Source: Tubiluchus corallicola
Lineage: Eukaryota; Animalia; Priapulida
Direction: 5' to 3'
Length of the DNA: 64,000 bases
NCBI GenBank assembly: GCA_030141605.1
Contig: JAQGDQ010000032.1
Coordinates: 662,065 to 726,064 of the forward strand
Below, piece after piece: positions 40,810 through 51,796 of this stretch. The first letter of the stretch is position 1. Each line of letters begins with the position of its first letter. A model generated the notes under the pieces. That model searched no databases, was not told the DNA's origin, and worked only from the letters and a program-made list of their open reading frames with translations. The position numbers and the translations under genes were made by a program.

Positions 40810-41040
40810 GTGCCGGAAGAGTGTTTAGCAATGAACAATAGTGATCCTTTTGTTGCGTTCAAGAATGCGAATTCCTGTACTCCCACGAAAAAAGGTAGCA
40901 GCTTTGAAATACAAGAAGGTTTGCGCTATTGTCAATTTGTCTGCATTTCGGTCTCGTCATCACCATGCCAGTATTTTTACTTATCGCTGACAGGAGCTTG
41001 GACAGGCGAAAAACACAGACAAATATGCGAGGTAATGTAA
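40810..41040 (+). CDS. Nested secreted protein, last exon (VPEECL...CQFVC......CQYFY...ICEVM*); spliced CDS 1140 nt, 379 aa
   Basis: tttttgtgacag|GTG, phase 0, Cys-rich, ends ICEV.*; AATAAA at 41193-41198. A possible GAG|gtaatg donor just before the stop cannot be excluded. Confidence 0.75.
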   Translation: MPEECLAMNNSDPFVAFKNANSCTPTKKGSSFEIQEGLRYCQFVCISVSSSPCQYFYLSLTGAWTGEKHRQICEVM

Positions 41041-42409
41041 AAGCAGAAAATTTAGATTGTACAACTCTATCTACACGTCAAAAGTTTTTATAACTTCTTA
41101 GAATGTTTTTAGCATTTCTCAACATTTCTACTTCTTTGGCTTTAATTTGATAGACCTACATACAAACTTTACTTGAAGTCGGTATTTACAACAATAAACA
41201 TTATTAGTACTAGTTTTCAACGACAATAAAATAAGTGCATTAAAATACAGGTAATAAAACTAATAATACACTGTTGTACGAAAATGAGAGATAATGATGG
41301 GTGTTGTAAGAGGAAACGTTGAAAACACTAGTAGAGTAAAAAGCTATAAAATCAAACCAGCTAGTTTATGACTGTGATGCTCAAATATACGGATTAACAG
41401 ATAAAAGAAGCAGAAAAACTTAAAATAATTTTAAAATAAGTGCATATACAAAATGAAAGCCTGGTACACATTTTCCATTTGCGATACTTCTTGAGTTTGA
41501 TAAATAAAATCGCAAAAACAAAAACTAGATCGCTATGCGTAATAAACAAAACACAGTAATTGTTTGTCTTTTTATAATGCTGCACTAATCACGTTTCCAG
41601 GTTTCAGCATGGGAAATGGATATAGAAGTGGCAGACTAAATATCTATTTTCTTGACCATTCCTCGAGATTCGTAAGGAATCCTGAGTTATGAAGCAACAA
41701 CAGACAGTCACTTTAGCCTGTGGTCGTGGATTCACTTACGCTTCTAGAATTGAATTAGAGTTAAGCGCACGTCAATGCAACGTCTTCGACATTGAGCACT
41801 AAAAATTTCCCAATTTATGTGAGCGTGAGTGAGATTTTTAATTACTATCAAGGGATTTATCTGTTCTATGTAGCGACCATGTTATTTATCATTAACTATT
41901 TGTGAGTAAGCGAGTGTGACGTCTTCTCTGCCTATCCGTGCTGGAATTACAGTGACGATGAAAGATTTACTGCCTACATAACGTTACAATGTTTATTCTC
42001 AAATTTATAGAAACGCCTTCGTAATAAGAATTACAAAATGAAGTGTCTTCCGAGTAGCAAAATGTCATATGAATCAAGTTCATGGTGAATAAAAACAACT
42101 GTCAAATAGCATATAAATATGACTAACGTAACTTTAAAAACAACATATAAGGACTTTTAAGGTGCTTCCTAACTTTCTAATATCATACTCGAGAAGATGC
42201 AAATCTATGTTTGATTTAACTGCTCTATTGTGTCCTTTCATTATTGTACTCAAAAGCGTTTAAAACAGCGTTATTTAAAGCGTTAGTAAAATGTAGATGA
42301 CGTACATGTCTTTGTGAACGAACGATATTTGAAAAACAATTGTTGTTTGTAATTTCAGCAAAAATTTTAAATGTACCTCACAAGATATTTTGCTAGTATC
42401 ACGTTAGGA

Positions 42410-43690
42410 ACTACCCCATTCTACAGTGGTGGGTGTAGGACCACCGGATATAGGGCCACCAGTCAAAGGACTACAGTATCTTCAACGCTTTAAAAGTGGT
42501 CAAATGACCACCCGTCAGGAGGATGGACTGAAGACCACCGGTCAAAGGACCACCAGATTTCTTTCGTACATCACTCAGTAGTTAAAGTGAAGTTAAATCA
42601 CTCAGTTATGAACAAGACTATGAAATACACAAGTCTAATAGACGAAAAAACCAACTAGATGCTTTAAAAGCATTGACGAAAAGTTGTTTTTATTAAGTAG
42701 GCTGGAAGATAGAGTTTTTAGTATGAAAATATTATTTTATAATAGATGGTGGTCGCCTAATTGTGGTCGCTGAATTTTCATAGATTTGATATTTATTCAA
42801 ATTACTACATGTGATAATTACATTATTAAGCTGCATTTGCGCACGCCCCGGAATTCTAGAAAGAAGGCAATCATAAGTCATTTGTCGCCATGAGGAAAGG
42901 TTTTTAATGTTTGCCACTGATTACAAGGAAAGTATTAAACTTGTTACTCCTGTCTGATCTTAATTAGTGTTTGTTAGTGAAGGTTCCGAAATAATGCAAT
43001 CATTGCAGCCGCATCATAGCAAGCAAAACTTTAATGCAACTATGCCGTTTTTATAAAGACAAACTTTGCTGTGTGTTATGGATTTCTTTCTTCTCGCCGT
43101 AATACCTCAGCTCCAACAGACAGATGCTTTTCGTCTAATGTTAACTAGCGAAGAAAGGCCAGGTAAAGATAAGATTTGGTTCGCATGTTCACGTCATTTT
43201 CACTTCAAATGAAATGTGAACATTGTTAGCTTAAATAAACCATAAACATCTGTGAACATAAGATACTATTTTTAAACTGCTTTGGTAAGCCTGATAAAGT
43301 TAAACCTTTTATTTTTTGCACATTTTATTTATTTTTCAATTTTTTGTAATTTATAGCACCGTCCAATTATTCAGTGGACAAAAATGGTATTTTCGTGGGT
43401 GTAGTGAGTAAAACTACAATATCTAGAAAGTACAAGGTAGTGACAATGACAACAATACCTAGTGAGTATAAGGTACTGACAAATTAATAATGCAGAACTT
43501 TGTAGTATAACCTCTGCAAGTAATATAATTATCGCCACACTAAGCAAAATCTATCTCAACTGGTTTTTTGGTTGACCATTTGCGTGGTCTGTTAGTTTTT
43601 ATTTGGTTGCCCTTTGATTGAGGGTCTTTTGTATGTGGTGGTTCTTTGTCTGGTGGTCCTTTGAGTTGTGGTCCTTTGACTGTAGTTGAG
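42410..43690. mobile_element. Probable ~1.3 kb non-autonomous element with inverted tandem subterminal repeats
   Basis: Left end has repeated (caaa)ggaccacc(a/g)g units (42435-42560). Right end has the complementary gtggtcctttg units (43620-43685), including gtcaaaggactacag versus gtggtcctttgac. Confidence 0.5.
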
Positions 43691-44754
43691 AGAAAGTTTT
43701 CTTAGTGTAAATCGGCGTTTAATGAATACTGGCAACACTTTTTTGTGAACTATTGTGAACAGCGATGTGTGTGTGTAGCTTCTGCTTTGTTCTAGTTATA
43801 TGTGAAATAGTTTTTTATTATCTTAGCATACAATGCTATAGACTTAATAGGCCTCTTTTTAACGTTTTTCAGTTTGTGTAATATTAAACTGTGGATGTTA
43901 TAGAGGCGGCGCTTATGAGTGTCACATTATCATATTAAGTATTATTATTACAAAGACAACATTACACACCGGAACGGGACAGGTTAGTGTCATCATTTGT
44001 GCTAAGAATACTAACTCTGCATTGTAGCCCGTTCTTAGGTTTTAACTTTTTGATGTGACAAATTTACGATTTTGCATCAAAGTTAACTGCTTCATCAAAT
44101 ACGAACAGATAGATTTACATGTATCTGCTTGGGCAAAGAATGTATAAGTTCCAGAATTGATGGAAAGGAGAATTTGTAACATAACAGTATTACGATTATG
44201 TATACGTGAAATATCTGAATGTATGTGAATTTATAACACTTGGCGTTAGTTTCATAATATTTTGTCGCCAGAAGGTACTGGAATTGCCGGTATTTAACAA
44301 TAAAAGTGAACGTCTATATTGTGAATCGAAATAAGTCAGTGCCAACAATGCCCACCGAGGGGGTCACAAGGCTCGCTACTCATTCTATATCAAAATAATA
44401 CTTAAAAAATTCTCAAATACTGGAAACAATTCAGCACCACTACTTACACGTGACAAAATATAGCAGGTTTAAGATGCAAAAAAAACGTCAGTTTTCTAAC
44501 GACGCCCAATGGTTTGAGGAACAATGAGCTGAAGAATTGGAACCCGATGGTGTGACTGGTTACTGGTGCGAAATCGAGACAACGAAGTCCGTCATTTGGT
44601 GTTTATGTTTGTATTTTGTGAACAGTAAATAGTATACCAGATTGAATAAACTTCTTATAGACAGCACCGATGGCAGATGTGGTTTCTTATTATACAGCAT
44701 CATGTACAGGCTAAACTAATCTCCTATAATGTTTACTCTATGTCAACTACTTAC

Positions 44755-44825
44755 AATCTTTGGAGACTTCTGTCCATACAAGACGAAATCCCTTATTGCC
44801 CTGAGCACCTTTGGACGTTTCAAAG
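44755..44825 (-). CDS. CUB/LDLa receptor 71-nt exon: end of the membrane-proximal CUB domain (SFETSKGAQGNKGFRLVWTEVSKD)
   Basis: ctgtttcag|C ... GAT T|gtaagt, phase 2-1, exactly bridging its neighbours. GF.L.W is the CUB terminal strand. Not in the ORF track. Confidence 0.85.
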
Positions 44826-46207
44826 CTGAAACAGATTGTTATATTAACATTAGCATGTTAGCACACAACTGAGGTTAGGAGGAATGTATTCTGAGACTTT
44901 ATTACTTTCTAATCTACAGTCATCATGTGACATTAAGTTAGTAGACAGCAGAGGTGGCAGATTATATGTTGACAATAATTTATAGTAGACAGAATCAGTT
45001 CGAAGGTTACTACATGTAAATTAGCCTTTGTCTAGCGATATAAGGCAAAGATGAAATCAAATAAGTTCAGATGGAAAATCATAGGCAATTTTTATGATAT
45101 TTTTGTGGCACATATAAACAATCACTTAAACTTTTAAACAGTAAGGTTTTTTGCCGTAACAGCTACCTGTTTTTGAAACAGAGGATATTTCACATAAGTC
45201 AAACTGCTGCCCGGGCACGCGCTCGGTGCTTGTAATGAGACTCTGACAGTCTCTATCAGGAACTTCTTACGAAGTGCTTGGTTAGAACCAAGACAAGAAC
45301 CAAAATTTACAGCTTTCGTAATGTTGCCACACGCGTCGAATCAAATTTTTGACTAGTGAGTTTTCAGCGGTCTAATAAAAAGGAGCAGTTTCAGAATGGC
45401 AAACAAACTCAACAGTTATGTCATTTTAGATCACATACCTATTTAGTTTGTTAATTCAACATTTTCACAGACATAGGAACAATATGAGCAAATATGTCAA
45501 GAAAGGACGCTGAAATTTATAAAATTATCAATACCAGCACCTATTGCTAGTAAAAATAATTTCATTGCTTCCTATAGATACGTATATCAGCAACAGTGAT
45601 GTAATTGTTGGGTTTTTCGTAGTCACGCCCGGATCCTCGGCTGGAAATGATAACCAAACACGTACTATGATAATAGGACGATACAATTAACAATGAATAA
45701 CCAGTTAACAGGGCTGACACGTCGACGTAAATGGGTTTAGCAATGTCGTTTATAATCATATTGCTCAAATACCCCATTTGAAGTATTCGGCTAGACACAG
45801 ACAGCTTTTATTTTGAAGGGTCAACCAAATCCTCTGGAATAATGGTCAAGTAGGAGGACCATCTAGAGAAGTGAACTTCTAATGTACCGCTCGCACGAAA
45901 AATCTTGAATAGAAAAAAATCAAATTTCAAAAGAAGAGATGGGATAAAACCAAGAAAAATGCTTCACACACCATTTAACTATAATTCATTATATTAGTAA
46001 ATTCATTATAATTAGTCTCAAACATCAAAAAAAACCAAGGGTATGGATAAAATACTTTATAATATCAAGTGTCCGCATTTGCATTAGTTGTAGTTGCCTG
46101 ATATTGTACATGTTTTGGTCTAAAACTTCTATGAATGGGAATATTTATAATATTTGATTAATTTTGAATACAGATTTTTAGCCCCGGACAGCTCTGCGAA
46201 AACCTAC

Positions 46208-46358
46208 CTTATAACCAGCCTATTACGTTCTGATTCGACTGTTTTGTCACTGTCTGAAGCATAGTATTTCAAATCCCCGCAAAATGTCTTCTTTTCGTCC
46301 TGCATGTTTCCTTTATTGACGTAGCCATCAATCACTGCCATCTCCGCTTTGTTGCATT
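46208..46358 (-). CDS. CUB/LDLa receptor exon: middle of the CUB domain (ECNKAEMAVIDGYVNKGNMQDEKKTFCGDLKYYASDSDKTVESERNRLVI)
   Basis: ttttgctcacag|AA ... ATA AG|gtagg, 151 nt, phase 1-2. CUB motifs C.....V.DG and FCG. Not in the ORF track. Confidence 0.88.
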
Positions 46359-47378
46359 CTGTGAGCAAAACTCATTTGTTATCCAAGATAATCAGTCAGT
46401 CTGGCACATCAGCCATGATACGTTACCGCTTTGCATTTTTGTCAAGCGAAAAAGGTCTTAAATTAGCGCAGTGTTGCCTTTTTGTAAAGAAGAGATAATC
46501 GATAAAATTCGCGCGGTTGAAAATTGGCGAGAGTGATAGATGTAGATCGTATTGTTAGGAGATTACTAAAAAATAACAGTCAGGGAAATGCATTGGTCCG
46601 TTTGCGTAGCTCTGATGCGTCAATGTTTTGAAGGATTGGTAACTATTATTTGTGAGAACTAACAGTAACAAGGCTTCTCAATTTCATGGGTTCACAAGAT
46701 TCTGCAGATCCTCCTACACCCTTTGGGGAATGAAACTACCTACACTCGAAAAGGCCCCTTTGTAGACATTCTTAACTGTTTCTTTCAGAAAAAATCATTG
46801 TAAATTGGTTTGGATAAGTAAGAAATAATTTCACAAAGAAATGGATAATGGTTTGTCCTAAAAGCTTTCTTGCTTATAAACTTCCAGCAGAGTGATCAGG
46901 GAGCTTTAGAAAATGGCCTAATCACGCTGGAAGCTCAACATGCGCAATACATTCTGACACTAAATCCAATTACTGATATAATTATCTTGTAAAGCCGCTA
47001 CACTTTGGAATGTTTTCTCAAAGTTAAATCCAAAAAAATGGCCGCAAATAGGCATACTACAGCGAAAATCTGGAAACCCATTTCTGTAATACCAGCTTGT
47101 TTGAATTATGAATGAACATTCTGAGAATTTAATGGTGTTGCTAGCTGCTAAATTATATTGCCGTTTCCAAATATTATTATTTTAAACTGCTTACACAACC
47201 TCAAGAAATTACCAGCGTCCCGTATTACCTTATCAAAAACAAACAATCAAATGATTGAGAAAATTAAGTTAACAAATGAACAAAAGAACGAATACTTGCA
47301 TAAATTCATGAATTAGCAAAAGATAAAAGAATAAATTATATGTACAGGTAAATCAGAAACAATAGGGTAGAAACTTAC

Positions 47379-47567
47379 CTAAGCCGCCTTCAAGTTGCAA
47401 TTCGAGAATTTTTACAAATATTTTCTTATCAAAAGATACTCGTATCAACCATTTACAATGTGTGTCTGCTTTGTACTTGTTAGGAAATCCGGGCGATTCA
47501 ATTGTACCGCCTACTCCCGTCCTCAAACCGCCACACGTAGATGATGGCGTTGGACTAGGCAACATAC
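47379..47567 (-). CDS. CUB/LDLa receptor exon: linker and start of the CUB domain (CGG....VGGTIESPGFPNKYKADTHCKWLI)
   Basis: atacag|GT ... TTA G|gtaag, 189 nt, phase 1-1. Canonical CUB N-terminal motif CGG...G.I.SPG.P..Y.....C.W.I. Confidence 0.92.
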
Positions 47568-48259
47568 CTGTATGAAAAATAATTTATATTAGTTTGGCAG
47601 ACAAGTACGGAACCCGTAAGGCGACAGTATACCATTCTCTCGCGAAGCATTGCGTTCCCTCGTAAAGTTTTGAGTTCCCTCGGTTCCTCCCAAACTCGTT
47701 GCGTTCCCACGCAAACGTTTTCCGTTTTCTCGTTTTCTTGAAAAACGATCTTCAGTGGTTGTCAGCTGTCAAATGAAAATGAAAACGAAAACGAAATGTT
47801 TTGAATCAAATTGAAATGCGCAGGACGTGTACGAATTTTCGTCACAGTTGTCTGGGCTTTGGATTTCAATATGCTGTAAACTGTTTATTTATATTATTAC
47901 AATAATTTGATACACGCACACCTAGGCCTACAAAAAGTGCCGCTTAACATGACACTTATTAGACACTCAGTGTGTGGGCAAAGTTACTCAAACTAATGAA
48001 GCTGTTTCGTTTAGGATACTGAGATGGTACTTTTGGTAGTTCATAATTTCAGAGTCTGAAAGTGGCACATCACTTTCGTTCTTCATTCCTTACTAGATTA
48101 AACTTGCGTTAGCATGCTTGAGCTAACTGTTGGGAAATACATTGACGTGGGCAGGTCTGATTGGGCGAAGAAATCTATGAGTTGCATAGTTGGTTAATTA
48201 AAAACTAAAAAGAAGTATGTTAGAAATGTAAAAAAAACATTTTGTAATCAAATAAAACT

Positions 48260-48720
48260 AGCAAGCAGCAGCAACAGCAGTACCAGCACGCAAGCAGCGG
48301 CAAGCCGGCAATACCAGCAGCCACGGTCGCAGCAGCAGCAGAAGCAGTACAATGAAGCAGCAGTAGCAACGGTAGCAAGCAGCAACAGCACCAGCAAGCA
48401 GCAACAGCAGCAATAGTAGCAAGCAGCGGTAGTAGCAGTAACCGCAGCAACATCACCAGTACCAGCAGTAACAGCAGCTGCAGCAGCATCAACAGCAGCA
48501 CCAGCAAGCAACGAGTAGTAATGGTAGCAACAGAAATTATAGCAAGCAACAACAGCAGGAACACAACCACAACCACCACCACCACCACCAGCAGCACAAC
48601 CAGCACGAACACCGGCAGCAGCAATAGCGGTATCTGGAGAACAGCACCGCCACCATCACCAGCACCACTACCAGCAGCAGCACGAGCATCAGCAGCAGCA
48701 ACAGCTGCTGATGATGGTCA
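48260..48720. repeat. Degenerate (CAG/CAA/CAC)n low-complexity tract
   Basis: Direct reading; accounts for four spurious ORFs. Confidence 0.85.
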
Positions 48721-49160
48721 TGCTGCTGTCGTTTCGGGAGCGTGATACTTTTTGCGAAGGAACGCAATACTTTGCAAGAACTGGCAAAAATGCTTCAAAA
48801 CTTTTTTCTTCTCATATCGTAATGTACGTAAACACGTACAGGCACGAACACATACTTCTTCAAGCGTCAGATTGGAGGCTTCGTAGTTTACCACATAGAA
48901 TCTTTGAAAATTACATTATTACGAAGAATAACTCACGAAATTTGTGAAACTGATTTTATAGGCGTTTTAGCACCTCTTTTTATTGACGTAACACATAAAA
49001 TAAATGATTAAGCTGATGTGCATTAAAACCCTTTTAAACCAAACGATAGTAAAGCGCTAGCAACGTGGAAATACAGCGGGAAATAGGTGTGTCACGTCAG
49101 TACATATTACATGATTCAATGCTCAAAGAATGACATTAAACTAACGTTTTTTCCACTTAC

Positions 49161-49351
49161 TTTCGTCGATAAAATGGTAGGTAGCGTGGAAGCCCTTTAA
49201 TGTCCTCAAGTAGTCCGTTTTGAACCAAACCTCCATCTTGGGATGCATAGATATTAATGGCTGTGGTACAAATGTCCCGCAATAGCGTCCAAACACCTGG
49301 TTAATTCCATGAAAGTCCGTGGTACGAATATCTATGAAATCGTTCTTGCAC
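49161..49351 (-). CDS. CUB/LDLa receptor exon: second half of a CUB domain (CKNDFIDI...GRYCG...MEVWFKTD....KGFHATYHF)
   Basis: aagcag|G ... GAA A|gtaag, 191 nt, phase 2-1. CUB motifs C..D.I.I, GRYCG, F.TD and GF.A.Y. Confidence 0.92.
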
Positions 49352-51612
49352 CTGCTTGAAAACAAGAATATCAGATAGTTAATCATTCGGTACTTGCAGC
49401 AATGTTGTATATTTTTCAATGTACACCATAAATTGACTTAGAATTCATTTCACATCATATATTACAGATAGAGTATACGAATACAGTACTAGATACACAA
49501 ATACAAATACAAATATAAATGAGGGAAAATAGCACACAACGTTTACAAGAAAAGAAGCTGAATGCCTACATAACGCTAGGTACTAACACGCTTTATAAAT
49601 AACCATTTATGAAATATAAAATCAATATTAAATTTTTTCCTCAAAATTTCTCTCAATACCAAATGAAGGATTTGATAGTAGTTCATCCATGAAGGATTCA
49701 CAAAATAATCTACAAGTTAGCGGTAGGTTATATTTTCCCCGTACGCTATGCCAAGGCTGACAGAACTCATTAAAATCTGGTTATGGAAAGTTCTTTTATG
49801 CCTACTACATAGCTGATTGGCATGGTGTTGCAATAATGCTGCAAAATTTTTACATGTTCATTTTATTTATAGTGTAAAAATTTCCTGCAAGCTTTATTCC
49901 AAGCGACACGTGTAGCACTAAATTGGCAGTTTGTTACTGACCAAACTTCTGCAGCACACGTTAAAGCCGGTAAACAGTATGAATTCATCATATACGTACG
50001 AAGTAGTCATTTCTGACGTACCCTTCCCGACGTACCATGTAACAACTTTAATATACATGTATAAGCCGTTAACTAGGCTTTATCAAAAACGTACAGGTAA
50101 CAGTACTGTACCTCTAGAAATAACATATGTAATGGTTTCAACGCACTATAGAGATTGCTTCGCTACAGTTTGACTAACTTTTGAAGCCAAATTGTAATTC
50201 ATCACTTAGCAGAGGCGGTAAAGTGATGAGTGATGGATGTGGTAAAGTAGTATAGTAGATTAAATTCGTTTGGCTGCTTGAAGTAACCTATCAGTAATAC
50301 ATTGCTGATTTTGCCTTTGGTGGAGGTGTCAAGAAGTGATTTATCCCCGTTCACGGAAGAAAACGAAAGGAATGTATAAAAATCGGGATAACCGTGAGAA
50401 ATGAACATTTAATTTCTACTAAAGAATACTTATTTTAGCAAGTGGTAAAATCGTCCCCATTCGCGGCTAATAATCGACGAGGTACAGTTGCAGGAGTTTT
50501 TTTAAAATTAATTTGTGTCATAACGTATTTTTTCCAGAACTTTTTCTATCTTCAATTTATAAGAATAAAAAGTAGTAATGTTATAAGTGTCGTTTTGTTA
50601 TTGAGTGTATGTCAACCGCCCAGGCGTTGCGGACCGTATTGTGTGGAATTTCTAGAATCATCCAGAATCCAGACTGTTGTGTAGAATTTCTAGACACATT
50701 CTGTTATTGTATAAAAAGAATGCCTGTAGGTAGGCCCATAATTAGACCAGTGAAGATTGATAAGCTGGCACCTGTAAGGTGTTGTACTTTTGATTTTTTC
50801 ATATGCATGCGTTTTATAACCCTTTATAAAACGTTTATAAGCATTTTATGTACTGTGTTTAATATTAGTGCACTGTTATAACTATGTTAATTACTGCTTG
50901 TCGTGTGCTCTTTTATTTTTATCTGTGTTATCAGCGACCTTAGTGTTCTGTGCAGAAACTATTTTGTTTTTTAAAGTAGTTTTTATAATAGAATTATTTT
51001 AATAATAATTGCTTTGTTAGTAATTAATTAGTAACCAGTTTTGTTGGTCTCATCTCTAAAAGGGATTTAAATTATTTTGTCCTTGTCCTTGTGGTTTAAC
51101 ACGCAACAGTAAGAATTACGAAAACTGATTAAATAAGGATAAAGTATTAATAAACTTATTAATTAATAAATTTAGTAATAATTATTCATAAACTTACAAT
51201 TCGTCATTTAGAAGATGTAAAGTTTAAAGATTTTAAACAGGAATCAGCCCACCTTTTCATTCTCCTTCACAATATTCAAGGCAAAATCTGAGCCCCTCTG
51301 TTGAATGCCATTCTTACTTTATTTTTATACTTTTGCTATGAATTTTAACCATTTCGCCGCATTTTAATGTATGACCTGTGTTTTATGGTGTATGATGTGC
51401 AATGTTGTCAAGAATTTGTCTAGTTTTTTCATCATCATTATGTGTGCTTGTGATAACTTTTGTGTTTAGGGGGATTTTCATTTCTTGACACCCTATTCGC
51501 CCTATAGGACCTACACGTTATATGAGGTTAATACATTTGAAAAGCGCAAAACAATTTTTTTACAATGTACTTTTATTTGAAACGTGCAAAAAATACCAAC
51601 GTCATCGCTTAC

Positions 51613-51796
51613 CCTGCCCTGGAAGGTGGCTCCATTTGAAAGGTATGAAATATTAACTGTATTGCTTCATTTTCGGTACCTCGGAACCTGTACAAACAGT
51701 TGGCATGGTTGGGATACGTTGAATTAGGCCAGCCCGGTGAAGAGAAGTTTCCAGTTTTTGTTTTTGAGCTGTGGTATTCAAACACGCAATTTGAAC
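51613..51796 (-). CDS. CUB/LDLa receptor exon: first half of a CUB domain (SNCVFEYHSSKTKTGNFSSPGWPNSTYPNHANCLYRF...); most 5' exon found
   Basis: tttctcatag|GT ... GCA GG|gtaag, 184 nt, phase 1-2. CUB motif G.FSSPG.P...YP....C.Y.F. It begins in phase 1, so further exons lie upstream and were not identified. Confidence 0.9.

Noticed and set aside
48220-48767. Four overlapping hydrophobic or Cys-rich ORFs
   Set aside because: Translations of a degenerate CAG/CAA/CAC tract in an intron; the neighbouring CUB exons join in phase without it.
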